From Gammaproteobacteria bacterium (lineage in GTDB: Bacteria; Pseudomonadota; Gammaproteobacteria; Steroidobacterales; Foliamicaceae), in contig JAPOWV010000011.1 of assembly GCA_026707445.1 (NCBI GenBank), positions 19,927 through 83,926 of the forward strand: 64,000 nt of DNA. Direction: 5' to 3'. This document shows, one piece after another, positions 47,277-57,009 of this stretch (positions are counted from its first letter, which is position 1; every line of letters starts with the position of its first letter). A model generated the notes under the pieces. It did no database searches, had not been told where the DNA came from, and saw only the letters and a list, made by a program, of their open reading frames with translations. A program made the position numbers and the translations under genes.

Positions 47277-47297
47277 AGCGATTCGTGCGCCGGCGCA

Positions 47298-47327
47298 GCC
47301 GCCACGCGATAGAATCTGCACCCGGTC

Positions 47328-47331
<4 letters not shown>
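47298..47331. repeat. 34-bp direct repeat, copy 2 (tRNA-Pro promoter/leader, includes TAGAAT at 47310-47315)
   Basis: See copy 1. The last 4 nt are the first 4 nt of the tRNA. Confidence 0.8.
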
Positions 47332-47404
<73 letters not shown>

Positions 47405-47431
47405 TTTTCGTTTTGCCGACCCGAATCAATC

Positions 47432-48493
47432 ATGGGCCAGACCCTTCAGCGTAGTTCCCTGTTAGTGCTGGTCGCCGCGGTCACCGCGGCGTTCATCCTG
47501 CTGCTGGCCGACCTCCTGTTGGCGGTGTTCTGGGCCGTAGTGCTGGCGATTCTCTTTCACGGCCTGTACCGGCGCCTGGTCCCGCGGCTTTGGAACAGGC
47601 AGTCGCTGGCGGCTGCCGCCGTCCTCCTCGTCGTGCTGGCCGGCGTGGTGGCGCCGGTGCTGCTGCTGGGATGGGCGGTGGTGGGCGACGCCAGCGAGTT
47701 CTATGCCGCCGTCGAAAGGGGCGCGCTGGATCCCGGGAGGGCGCTGGATGCGCTTGGCGCCTGGCTGCCCTGGGTGCGGGAAATCCTGGACAACTTCGGA
47801 CTGGATTTCGAGCAGATGCGTTCCGGGCTGACTTCGATGGTCGGCAACGCCGCGCGCTTCGCTGCGACCGGGCTGGTCGCCGCCGGGCAGGGTGCGCTGA
47901 GGCTGATGCTGCAGTTGGTGGTGATGCTGTATCTGCTGTTCTTCTTTCTGCGCGACGGCGACAAGCTCGTCGATACGCTCGTTCGCATCCTGCCGTTGGG
48001 CGACGAGCGCGAATACGAACTGCTGGGCCAGTTCGCCACCGTGTCCCGGGTGAGCGTGACTTCCCTGGTCGTTATAGGCGCGGTGCAGGGCGGACTTGGC
48101 GGCGTCACCCTGGCGCTGCTGGGAATCGGCAGCCCGGTCCTGCTCGGTGTTCTCATGGGCGTGCTGTCGGTCATTCCCGCCGTGGGCCCGGGACTGGTGT
48201 GGGCGCCGATTGCAATCTGGCTGTTCGCGTCCGGCATGTGGGTGCAGGGTCTGATCCTGGTCATCGTCGGCGTGCTGATCGTGGGGCTGGCCGACAATCT
48301 CTTGCGGCCGATGCTGGTGGGCCGGACCGCGCGGCTGCCGGACTACGTCGTGCTGCTGGCCACCCTCGGCGGGCTCTCGGTATTCGGGTTCTCCGGGCTG
48401 GTGATAGGGCCGGTCCTTGCGGCGCTGTTCTTTGTTTCCTGGCGATTGTTCGAAGAGGAATTTTCGCCGGCGGAAACCCGGGATGAGCCATGA
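47432..48493 (+). CDS. AI-2E family transporter (PerM/UPF0118-like)
   Basis: ATG at 47432 in ORF 47360..48493. Multi-TM protein with family-like LFFFLRDGDKL and GLADNLLRPMLVG stretches. Confidence 0.8.
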   Translation: MGQTLQRSSLLVLVAAVTAAFILLLADLLLAVFWAVVLAILFHGLYRRLVPRLWNRQSLAAAAVLLVVLAGVVAPVLLLGWAVVGDASEFYAAVERGALDPGRALDALGAWLPWVREILDNFGLDFEQMRSGLTSMVGNAARFAATGLVAAGQGALRLMLQLVVMLYLLFFFLRDGDKLVDTLVRILPLGDEREYELLGQFATVSRVSVTSLVVIGAVQGGLGGVTLALLGIGSPVLLGVLMGVLSVIPAVGPGLVWAPIAIWLFASGMWVQGLILVIVGVLIVGLADNLLRPMLVGRTARLPDYVVLLATLGGLSVFGFSGLVIGPVLAALFFVSWRLFEEEFSPAETRDEP

Positions 48494-49896
48494 ACACGCG
48501 CTCCGTCCACCGCGAGCTTGCCTCGATCGTCGGCGAGCGGCATTGCGTTGCCGACGCTGCGCTGCTTGAGCCCTGGCTCGAGGAGCCCCGCGGGCGCTAC
48601 CACGGCGAGTCGCGGCTGCTGGTGGCTCCTGCCAGCGCGAAGGAAACCGCCGCCGTCCTGGCCTGCTGCAACACGCGGGGGGTCGGAGTGGTGCCGGTGG
48701 GCGGCCGCACCGGACTGTGCGGCGGCACGCATTCGCAAGCCAACGAGATACTGCTGAGCCTGCATCGCCAGAGGCGGGTGCGCGATCTTGACGCCGGCTG
48801 CCTGACCGCCGAGGCCGGCTGCGTGCTGGCCACGCTGCAGGAACGCGCCGACGAGGCGGGCTGTCTGTTTCCGCTGAGCCTGGGTTCGGAGGGCAGTTGC
48901 CAGCTGGGCGGGGTGCTGTCCACCAATGCCGGCGGCATTCACGTGCTGCGCTACGGCATGGCGCGCGAGATGGTGCTGGGGCTGGAGGTCGCCTTGCCCG
49001 ACGGGCGGGTGCTGTCGGACCTGAAGCCGCTGGCCAAGGACAACACCGGCTATGACATCAAGCAGCTCTTCATCGGCTCGGAAGGGACCCTGGGCGTCAT
49101 CACCGCGGCCGCGCTGCGCCTGTACCCGCGACCGCAGGCATGGATTACCGCGCTGCTGGGCGTGGCCGGACCCGATCAGGCGGTTTCGCTTTTCCGCGGC
49201 GCGCAGGCGGCGCTGGGCGAGGAGCTCAACGCCTTTGAACTGATTTCGCGCGGGGCGGCGCAATTGTGCGGGGAGCAACTGGAGGGGGTTCCGATTCCCG
49301 GGGACATCGATGCGCCCTGGCTGTTGTGCGTGGAACTGGCCGGCGCCGGCTCGGAGTCCGCGTTGGCCGAGCGCCTCACCGGTTTTCTGGAAGACGCCCG
49401 CGAGCGGGGCGAGTTGCTCGACGCCGTATGCGCGGTCAGCGAGGCGCAGCGCGAGGCGATCTGGCGCCTGCGCCATGGCGTGCCCGAGGCAATGCGCCTG
49501 TCCGGACCGGCCCTGCGCCACGACCTGGCCGTGCCGCCGGAACGCATTGCCGGGTTCCTCGATTCGGCGCTGGAGATGTGCCGCGAACACTTTCCGGGCG
49601 CCCAGCCCCTGCCGTTCGGACACGTGGGCGACGGCAATCTGCATTACTCCGTTCCCTGTCCGCCCGAAGTCGATCCGGACCGGTTCTCCGAGCAGGGCCG
49701 GCTGCTCAGCGCCGAATTGCGCGAACTGGCATGGTCGATGGACGGCAGCTTCAGCGCCGAGCACGGCGTGGGCCTGCTGCTCAAGGACGAGCTGGAACGG
49801 CTTGGCGATCCCGTCAAGCTTCAGTTGATGCGTGCGCTCAAGCGCGCCCTGGATCCGCGCGGGATCATGAATCCCGGCAAGGTATTGAGCGCATGA
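48490..49896 (+). CDS. FAD-linked oxidase (GlcD / D-2-hydroxyacid dehydrogenase-like)
   Basis: 468 aa. FAD-binding PCMH-type N-terminus (VVPVGGRTGLCGG), C-terminal HVGDGNLHY and SAEHGVG. Confidence 0.85.
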   Translation: MNTRSVHRELASIVGERHCVADAALLEPWLEEPRGRYHGESRLLVAPASAKETAAVLACCNTRGVGVVPVGGRTGLCGGTHSQANEILLSLHRQRRVRDLDAGCLTAEAGCVLATLQERADEAGCLFPLSLGSEGSCQLGGVLSTNAGGIHVLRYGMAREMVLGLEVALPDGRVLSDLKPLAKDNTGYDIKQLFIGSEGTLGVITAAALRLYPRPQAWITALLGVAGPDQAVSLFRGAQAALGEELNAFELISRGAAQLCGEQLEGVPIPGDIDAPWLLCVELAGAGSESALAERLTGFLEDARERGELLDAVCAVSEAQREAIWRLRHGVPEAMRLSGPALRHDLAVPPERIAGFLDSALEMCREHFPGAQPLPFGHVGDGNLHYSVPCPPEVDPDRFSEQGRLLSAELRELAWSMDGSFSAEHGVGLLLKDELERLGDPVKLQLMRALKRALDPRGIMNPGKVLSA

Positions 49897-52481
49897 ACGC
49901 GCCATGGGCAGTGCTCAAGTTCGGCGGCGCCAGCGTGGCCACGGCTGCCGGCTGGGACACGGTCGCGCACCTGGTGCGGCGCCGCCGCGAGCAGGGCGTG
50001 CGGCCCATCGTCGTGCACTCGGCCCTGGCCGGCGTCACCGACCGGCTCGAGACCCTGATCGAGCTGGCGCGCCGCGACGAGCACGCCGGCCTCGAGCGGG
50101 AGCTGGGCGATAGCCACCGCGAACTGGCCCGGGAAATGAACATCGACGATCCGGAAGGCTGCCTCGGAGCGGAACTCGAGAACCTGGCGCAATTGCTTCG
50201 CGGCATAGCCCTGACCGGCGAGGCGGGCTACCGGGCCCGCGTCAAAGTGCTGGCGCTGGGCGAGCGGCTTGCCGGGCGGCTGGGAGCGGCCGCGCTGGAA
50301 CTCAGCGGCATAGCGATCTCGCCGGTGAACCCTGCGAAGTTGCTGCGGGCGACGGCGCGGGACTGGGCCAGCGAACGCGATTCCATGCTGCACGCCGTGT
50401 GCGCGCACGATCCCGATCCCGAAGCGGTCGCACTGCTCGAAAGTCTTCCGGGCGTGCCGTTGACGCAGGGTTACATCGCCCGCAATGCCCAGGGCGAGGA
50501 AGTGCTGCTCGGCCGGGGCGGTTCCGACGTTTCCGCCGCGGCGCTGGCCGCTGCCATCGGCGCCCGGCGGCTGGAAATCTGGACCGACGTGCCCGGCATA
50601 TTCAGCGCCGATCCAAGGGAGATCAGCGGCGCGAGGCTGCTGCGCAGGCTCAGTTACGCCGAAGCGCAGGAGATCGCCACTTCAGGCGGCGGCGTGCTGC
50701 ATCCGCTGTCGATCGCCCCGCTGCGCGACGGCCGGATCGGGATGACCGTGCGTTCGACGCTGAATCCCGAACTGCCCGGCACAGCCGTGGGACCGGCCGA
50801 GGAATCCGACAGTGCGCAGGTCAAGGCGGTCATGCTGCGCAGCGGAGTGCCGCTTGTCTCGCTGGAGACGCTGGGGATGTGGCGCCGGGTCGGTTTTCTC
50901 AAGGAGGTATTCACCTGCTTCGGCGACCTCGGGCTATCGGTGGACCTGGTTTCAACCTCGGAGAGCAACGTCACCGTTACGCTGGATACCGATCCCGAAG
51001 TGCTGACCCCGGAGCTGATGGGCCGTCTGCGCTCGCAACTGGAGCGCATAGGGCAGGTGACCATCACGACCAATACCAGCGTCGTGACCCTGGTGGGACG
51101 GCGCATCAGAGCGGTGCTGCACGAGGTCGGACCGGCGCTGGAAGCGTTTCGCGAGCAGCCCATCCATCTTCTCAGCCAGGCGGCCAGCGACCTGAACATC
51201 AGCTTCGTGGTGGAGCCGGCGCAGGCCCGCCGGCTGGCGCAGAGCCTGCATGGGCGGCTGATCGTGCCGGATGACGGCGACGAGTTGTTCGGTCCCGCCT
51301 GGGAGGAACTGACGCAAGCGGCGCCGGTTGCGCCAACCGGCGCCGACGCGCCCTGGTGGGCCGAACGGCGCGTCGAGTTGCTGAAGCTGGCCGAAGAGCG
51401 CGGGGCGACTTACGCCTACTGTCTCGACCGCGTGGCGGCGCAGGCGGAGCGGCTCAAGAGGCTGGAGTCGATAGACCGCGTCTATTACGCGATCAAGGCC
51501 AACTCGAACCCCGGCGTGCTGCGGCGCGTTCGCGACAGCGGCCTGGAGTTCGAGTGCGTATCGCCCGGCGAGGTCCGGCTGCTGCGCGAGCTGTTTCCGG
51601 AGCACGAACCCGGACGCATCCTGTTCACCCCGAATTTCGCGGCCCGGTCCGAATACGGCGAAGCGCTGGAGGCCGGCGTTCAGTTGACCGTGGACAACCT
51701 CGGCGTGCTGCGCGACTGGCCGGAACTGTTTGCCGGAAAGGACCTGTTCCTTCGACTGGATCCCGGGGTAGGGCGCGGACTCCACCGGCATGTACGCACT
51801 GCCGGCGTGCATTCCAAGTTCGGCGTGCCGCTGTTCGAGGTGCGGCGGGCCGCCGAGGCCGCCGCCGCGGCGGGCGCGCGGGTTGCCGGGCTGCACGCCC
51901 ACATGGGAAGCGGCGTTATGGATCCCGGCGCATGGGCCCCGATCGCCGAGACGCTGATCGAATGCCTGGAGCACTTCCCGGATGCCCGCGTGGTCAATCT
52001 CGGCGGCGGCTTGGGCGTTCCCCAGCACGGCGGCGAGCAGGGCCTGGACCTTGCGGAGCTGGACGCCAACCTGGCGCGCTGCCGCGAGAACGCGCCCCGC
52101 GAACTGGAATTCTGGCTCGAGCCCGGCCGCTACGTCGTGGCCGAAGCCGGCGTGCTGCTGGCGCGGGTCACCCAGGTCAAGGGCAAGAGCGGCGCCCGCT
52201 ACGTAGGCGTGGAGACCGGGATGAACTCGCTGATACGCCCGGCGCTTTATGGTTCCTACCATGAGGTGCACAACCTCACCCGGCTGGACGAGCCGGCGAC
52301 GCGGCTTGTGAACGTGGTGGGTCCGATCTGCGAGAGCGGCGACGTGCTGGCCCGCGACCGCATGCTGCCCGAATGCCGGGAGGGCGACGTGCTGCTGTTC
52401 GCCAACGCCGGGGCCTACGGTCGCGTGATGGCCTCGAATTACAACCTGAGGGAACCCGCCGCGGAGGAGGTGATCGAGTGA
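49893..52481 (+). CDS. Bifunctional aspartate kinase / diaminopimelate decarboxylase fusion
   Basis: ATG at 49893 (ATGA overlap) in ORF 49266..52481. N-terminal aspartokinase (VLKFGGASV, RGGSDVSAA, ACT-like region). C-terminal PLP decarboxylase (YYAIKANSN, HSKFG, EPGRYVVAEAG, CESGD). Confidence 0.85.
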   Translation: MNAPWAVLKFGGASVATAAGWDTVAHLVRRRREQGVRPIVVHSALAGVTDRLETLIELARRDEHAGLERELGDSHRELAREMNIDDPEGCLGAELENLAQLLRGIALTGEAGYRARVKVLALGERLAGRLGAAALELSGIAISPVNPAKLLRATARDWASERDSMLHAVCAHDPDPEAVALLESLPGVPLTQGYIARNAQGEEVLLGRGGSDVSAAALAAAIGARRLEIWTDVPGIFSADPREISGARLLRRLSYAEAQEIATSGGGVLHPLSIAPLRDGRIGMTVRSTLNPELPGTAVGPAEESDSAQVKAVMLRSGVPLVSLETLGMWRRVGFLKEVFTCFGDLGLSVDLVSTSESNVTVTLDTDPEVLTPELMGRLRSQLERIGQVTITTNTSVVTLVGRRIRAVLHEVGPALEAFREQPIHLLSQAASDLNISFVVEPAQARRLAQSLHGRLIVPDDGDELFGPAWEELTQAAPVAPTGADAPWWAERRVELLKLAEERGATYAYCLDRVAAQAERLKRLESIDRVYYAIKANSNPGVLRRVRDSGLEFECVSPGEVRLLRELFPEHEPGRILFTPNFAARSEYGEALEAGVQLTVDNLGVLRDWPELFAGKDLFLRLDPGVGRGLHRHVRTAGVHSKFGVPLFEVRRAAEAAAAAGARVAGLHAHMGSGVMDPGAWAPIAETLIECLEHFPDARVVNLGGGLGVPQHGGEQGLDLAELDANLARCRENAPRELEFWLEPGRYVVAEAGVLLARVTQVKGKSGARYVGVETGMNSLIRPALYGSYHEVHNLTRLDEPATRLVNVVGPICESGDVLARDRMLPECREGDVLLFANAGAYGRVMASNYNLREPAAEEVIE

Positions 52482-52780
52482 GCAATGAAGGCAACGGCGC
52501 TTCGGCGGATTTCCTGCTGGAGCTTGAGGCCGTAATCCGGTCTCGCGCGGAAGCCGCGCCGCAGGAAAGCTACACCGCAAGGCTGCTGGGCGAAGGCATT
52601 CAGCGGGTGGCGCAAAAGTTCGGCGAGGAATCGGTGGAACTGGCGCTGGCGGCGGCCGCCGGCGACCCGCGGGCGGTGCGCGCCGAGGCGGCCGACGTGC
52701 TCTATCACCTGCTGGTCCTGCTGGAAGGAGCCGGCGTGTCGCTGGCCGAAGTCCTGGAGGAACTGCGCTCCCGCCGCTGA
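52478..52780 (+). CDS. hisE: Phosphoribosyl-ATP pyrophosphatase (stand-alone HisE)
   Basis: GTG at 52478 (GTGA overlap with the upstream stop). SYTARLLGEG..KFGEESVELALAA......EAADVLYHLLVLL is the HisE signature. 100 aa with no HisI domain. Confidence 0.8.
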   Translation: MSNEGNGASADFLLELEAVIRSRAEAAPQESYTARLLGEGIQRVAQKFGEESVELALAAAAGDPRAVRAEAADVLYHLLVLLEGAGVSLAEVLEELRSRR

Positions 52781-52804
52781 TCCCTGGCTCCAGCGCGCTT
52801 TTGG

Positions 52805-53572
52805 TCAGTCGCGCACGGATACGTTGCGGGCGGCCAGGTATTCCTTTAGGTCGGGGATCGCGATCTGGCCCGAGTGAAACACGGTCGCGGCCAGCGCGCC
52901 GTCCACCCGCGCCCGGCGAAAGACATCGACGAAGTGTTCCGGCGCGCCCGCGCCGCCGGAGGCGATCAGCGGAACGCGGCAGCAGTCGCGCACCGCGCAA
53001 AGCTGTTCGATGTCATACCCCTGGCGCACGCCGTCCATGTTCATGCAGTTGAGCACGATTTCGCCCGCGCCGCGCTCCTGCACTTCACGGACCCAGTCCA
53101 GCGTGTCGCGCCCCGCTTCGCGGCTCAGCGAGGGGTCGCCGGTCAGCTCGTGCACGCGCCAGCGGCCATCGCCGCCGCTGCTGTCGATTCCCACCACCAC
53201 GCACTGCGAGCCGAACCGCCGGGCCAGTTCGCCGATCAGGTCGGGGTCGGCCAGCGCCGGGCTGTTCACGGAAATCTTGTCGGCGCCGTTCATCAGCACT
53301 TCCTCGGCCCCGGCGACATCGCGAATGCCGCCGGCCACGCAGAAGGGTATGTCCAGGACGTCGGCCACGCGCAGGATCCAGCTCCGGTCCACGGAACGGC
53401 CGTGCGGACTCGCGGTGATGTCGTAGAACACGACTTCGTCGGCGTGTTCCTCGCGGTAACGGCGCGCCAGGTCCAATATCTCGCCCATCACGCGGTGCTC
53501 GCGAAAACGCACGCCCTTGACCACCTGGCCGTCGCGCACGTCGAGGCAGGGGATTATCCGCCGCGCCAGCAC
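52805..53572 (-). CDS. hisF: Imidazole glycerol phosphate synthase cyclase subunit
   Basis: GTG at 53572 gives (M)[20 protein letters not shown]. Matches HisF along its full length. Confidence 0.9.
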   Translation of the reverse strand: MLARRIIPCLDVRDGQVVKGVRFREHRVMGEILDLARRYREEHADEVVFYDITASPHGRSVDRSWILRVADVLDIPFCVAGGIRDVAGAEEVLMNGADKISVNSPALADPDLIGELARRFGSQCVVVGIDSSGGDGRWRVHELTGDPSLSREAGRDTLDWVREVQERGAGEIVLNCMNMDGVRQGYDIEQLCAVRDCCRVPLIASGGAGAPEHFVDVFRRARVDGALAATVFHSGQIAIPDLKEYLAARNVSVRD

Positions 53573-54288
53573 CGTTCCGCTTCCTCGGCGCTGATGCGCC
53601 CTTCGAGCAAGGCCTTGCCGGAGACCGCCGCGGCCACCCCGGTGTCGGCCAGCGCCTGGAGGTCGTCCGCCCGCGATACGCCGCCGGAGGCGATAAACGA
53701 GGCCTGGGGCGCCCTTCGGACGCATTCGGCGTACAGGTCCGTGTTCGGGCCGCTCAGCATGCCGTCCCGATCGACGTCGGTGCACAGAAACCACCGGTAA
53801 CCCTGGTCCAGGAGCAGATCCAGCAGGACCCACAGCGAGCGGCCGCTCTCCCGCGCCCAGCCCCGCGTCAGCACCTCGGGATCGCTGCCGGAGCGCACGT
53901 CGAGCGCCGCCACCAGCCGGTCGGGCCCGTACCGCTCCACCCAGAGGCCGGCCCGCGCCGGATCTTCCGCCAGCGCACTGCCGCACACGGCCCGCTGAAC
54001 CCCGCTCTCGTAGATTGCGCGAAGCGATTCGTCGTCGCGTATGCCGCCGCCGACCTGTACGGAAAGCGATGTCGCCTCCACGACGCCGGCAATCATGTCC
54101 GCGTTTTCGCGCCGGCCGGAGCGGGCGCCGTCCAGATCGACGACGTGCAGGCTGCGCGCGCCCAGGCCGGACCAGGTTCGGGCCAGCTCAAGCGCGTCCC
54201 TGGAATAGAACACCGCATCATCGAAGCGGCCGCGATGCAGGCGCACCACCTGGCCGCCCATCAGGTCGATGGAAGGAATCAGTTCCAC
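53554..54288 (-). CDS. hisA: ProFAR isomerase
   Basis: (M)[32 protein letters not shown]. Confidence 0.9.
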   Translation of the reverse strand: MELIPSIDLMGGQVVRLHRGRFDDAVFYSRDALELARTWSGLGARSLHVVDLDGARSGRRENADMIAGVVEATSLSVQVGGGIRDDESLRAIYESGVQRAVCGSALAEDPARAGLWVERYGPDRLVAALDVRSGSDPEVLTRGWARESGRSLWVLLDLLLDQGYRWFLCTDVDRDGMLSGPNTDLYAECVRRAPQASFIASGGVSRADDLQALADTGVAAAVSGKALLEGRISAEEAERCWRGG

Positions 54289-54884
54289 GGAAGTTCAAGA
54301 AAATTCTTCAGCAGGCGCTGGCCGTGTTGCCCGGACCGCTCCGGGTGGAACTGCACGCCGAAGAAATTGTCCTTGTTGACGACCGAGGCGAAGCGGCGGC
54401 CGTGTTCGGTGTCGCCGACGCAGTGCTTTCCGGGCGGGGCGGCGTAGCTGTGCACGAAGTAGAACCAGGACCCGTCCGGGATTCCGTCGAACAGGCGCGA
54501 TTCCGCGCGCCGTTCCACCTGGTTCCATCCCATGTGCGGGATCGTGTGCTCGGGGGAGGCTTCCAGCAGGTCCACCTGCCCGGGAATGACGCCGAGGCAG
54601 GGCGTATCGTCCTCGCTGGATACCTCGTAAAGCAACTGCATACCCAGGCAGATGCCGAGCACGGGTTGCGTCAGGCGGGGTATGAGCTCAAGGAGGTGCG
54701 CGTCGGTCAGCCTTCCCATTCCGGCCCCGGCGGCGCCCACGCCCGGCAGGAGGACGCGTTCCGCGGCTTCGATCCGGCCGGCGTCCCGCGTGAAGTGCCC
54801 TTCCACGCCCAGTCGTTCGAGGGCGAATCGCAACGATGCGATATTGGCCCCGCCGCAATCCACCAGGGCCACGTCCCGGTTCAC
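54279..54884 (-). CDS. hisH: Imidazole glycerol phosphate synthase glutaminase subunit
   Basis: GTG at 54884 (GTGA overlap). GICLGMQLL catalytic Cys and FGVQFHPERS. Confidence 0.9.
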   Translation of the reverse strand: MNRDVALVDCGGANIASLRFALERLGVEGHFTRDAGRIEAAERVLLPGVGAAGAGMGRLTDAHLLELIPRLTQPVLGICLGMQLLYEVSSEDDTPCLGVIPGQVDLLEASPEHTIPHMGWNQVERRAESRLFDGIPDGSWFYFVHSYAAPPGKHCVGDTEHGRRFASVVNKDNFFGVQFHPERSGQHGQRLLKNFLELPWN

Positions 54885-55948
54885 AGGACGCCCTTGGTGC
54901 TGGGTATGTCGCCTCCCTCGCGAGCAACCGCCTGGCGCAGGGCCCTCCCTACGCCCTTGAAGCAGGATTCGATCATGTGGTGGGTGTTCTCGCCGCGCAC
55001 CCGGATATGCAGCGTGGCGCCGCTGGCTTCCGCCAGCGAACGGAAGAAATGCTCGACCAGCTCGGTGGGCAGCCCGCCCACGCGCTCGCGCTCGAACCTG
55101 CCCTTGAACTTGAGCCACGGTCGCCCGGACAGATCCAGCAGGACCTTGACGTCGGCCTCGTCCATGGGCAGCTCGAATGCGAAGCGGCCGATCCCGCGGC
55201 GGTCGCCGAGCGCTTCCTTCAGCGCCGCGCCCAGCGCCAGGGCGCAGTCCTCGACGGTGTGGTGCTCGTCCACCTCCAGATCGCCTTCGCAGCTGAGCTT
55301 CAGCCCGAAGCCGCCGTGCTTGGCGAGCTGTTCCAGCATGTGGTCGAAGAAGCCGATACCGGTGGCCACTTCGGCGCCGGCCGGCGCGTCGAGATCGACC
55401 TCCACGCTCAGGTCGGTTTCGCGGGTCTTGCGCCGTGCGCGGCCGATCCGCGGCGCATCGACGATCTCCCGAACGATCCGCTCCCAACTACCGGGCTGCG
55501 CGGCATCGACGCGGAAGCCGCGCACGCCCAGGTTTTCGGCGAACTTGAGGTCGGTCTCGCGGTCGCCGATCATGACGCTCGCCGCCCGATCCACGGGCCG
55601 CTCGCGCATGAACGCGTTGACCAGACCGGTCAGGGGCTTGCGGCAATCGCAACCGTCCTCGTCCCGGTGCGGGCACACGAACACTTCGGCGAACGCGATG
55701 CCCTGCGAGGCCAGCAGCGCCATCAGGAATTCGTGCGGTCCGTCGAAGTCCTTCCGCGGAAAGCTGTCGGTTCCGAGACCGTCCTGATTGCTGACCATGA
55801 CCAGCTCGAAGCCGGAGTCCTGCAGCCGCCGCAGCGCCGGCACGACGCCCTGCGCCAGCCTGAGCTTCGCCAGGCTGTCCACCTGGAAGTCGGACGGCTC
55901 CTCGATAAGGGTTCCGTCGCGGTCGAGAAAGGCGATGCGCGCGCTCAT
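54881..55948 (-). CDS. hisB: Bifunctional histidinol-phosphatase / imidazoleglycerol-phosphate dehydratase
   Basis: N-terminal HAD motif FLDRDGTLIEE and C-terminal IGPD motifs (GIGFFDHML, HHTVED, NTHHMIES). Confidence 0.9.
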   Translation of the reverse strand: MSARIAFLDRDGTLIEEPSDFQVDSLAKLRLAQGVVPALRRLQDSGFELVMVSNQDGLGTDSFPRKDFDGPHEFLMALLASQGIAFAEVFVCPHRDEDGCDCRKPLTGLVNAFMRERPVDRAASVMIGDRETDLKFAENLGVRGFRVDAAQPGSWERIVREIVDAPRIGRARRKTRETDLSVEVDLDAPAGAEVATGIGFFDHMLEQLAKHGGFGLKLSCEGDLEVDEHHTVEDCALALGAALKEALGDRRGIGRFAFELPMDEADVKVLLDLSGRPWLKFKGRFERERVGGLPTELVEHFFRSLAEASGATLHIRVRGENTHHMIESCFKGVGRALRQAVAREGGDIPSTKGVL

Positions 55949-57006
55949 GCCGCCGCCCTCAATGTCGCCAGCAGCCCGTCGTTCTGCTCCGGCGTGCCCA
56001 GCGTTATGCGCACGCAGGACTCAAGCCCCGGCTCGTCGGGAATTCTGCGCAACAGGTAGCCGCCGTCGCGGGCCGCGGCGGTAAAGCCATCGGCGTCGGC
56101 GACTTTCAGCAACACGAAGTTGGTGCGGCTGGGATACACGGTCGCTACCTGAGGGAGTTTCGCCAGGAGTGCGCTGACGCGTTCGCGCTCCTCAATGACA
56201 AGTGCTATGCGGCCTTGCATCCTGGCCAGGCTTTCCGGTTTCATGGCCTCGAGCACGGTGTGTTCGCACAGTGCGGAAAAGCTGTACGGAGATTGTACGC
56301 GGCGCATCAGCCCGATGATCTCTTCGCAGGCAATCAGGGCGCCGCAGCGTACCCCCGCCAGCCCCAGCGCCTTGGATACGGTGCGCAGGACCACGACGTG
56401 CGGGTGTGCCGTGATCCATTCGGCGCCGGGGTTCAGGCCCGCGAACTCGGCGTATGCGGCATCGAGTACCACAACGGTTCTCTCGCGGGCGTATTCCACC
56501 AGTTCCAGGACATCGTCCGGGGCCATCAGGTTGCCCGTGGGATTGTTCGGGGAACACAGGATCAGCAGCTTCACATCATCGGACCAGGCGGCCTTGATGG
56601 CCGGCACGTCGAGCGAGAAGCCGTCTTCGGCCCGCAACGGAACTTCCAGGACCCGCGCGCCCTGCAAACGGCCGTACCAGCGGAACATCTCGAATGACGG
56701 GGGGCAGAAGATCGCGCCGTCGCGCCTCGATTCGCAGAACGCCCGGTACAGGCAGTCGATGCCCTCGCTGCTGCCGCGCGTGACGGAAATCTCCTCCGGG
56801 CGCACGCCGTAGTGTTCGGCCATGCGCTCGGTCAGCTTCGCGGGGAAAAGCAGCGGGTAAAAGTTGAGCCTGCCCGGCGCCGGGTCGTAGTCGGGCGCCC
56901 AGGGCAACTCATTGGCGTGCAGACGGGCCAGCGTCGGCGTTGTCGGCGCCCGGTAGGCCCGGCCCTTCTGCACGGCTTCCCGCGCCAATGACGTGATCCA
57001 GCTCAT
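55945..57006 (-). CDS. hisC: Histidinol-phosphate aminotransferase
   Basis: 353 aa. ANELP, SPNNPTG and SKALGLAG (PLP lysine) motifs. Operon position. Confidence 0.85.
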   Translation of the reverse strand: MSWITSLAREAVQKGRAYRAPTTPTLARLHANELPWAPDYDPAPGRLNFYPLLFPAKLTERMAEHYGVRPEEISVTRGSSEGIDCLYRAFCESRRDGAIFCPPSFEMFRWYGRLQGARVLEVPLRAEDGFSLDVPAIKAAWSDDVKLLILCSPNNPTGNLMAPDDVLELVEYARERTVVVLDAAYAEFAGLNPGAEWITAHPHVVVLRTVSKALGLAGVRCGALIACEEIIGLMRRVQSPYSFSALCEHTVLEAMKPESLARMQGRIALVIEERERVSALLAKLPQVATVYPSRTNFVLLKVADADGFTAAARDGGYLLRRIPDEPGLESCVRITLGTPEQNDGLLATLRAAA

Positions 57007-57009
57007 GGC

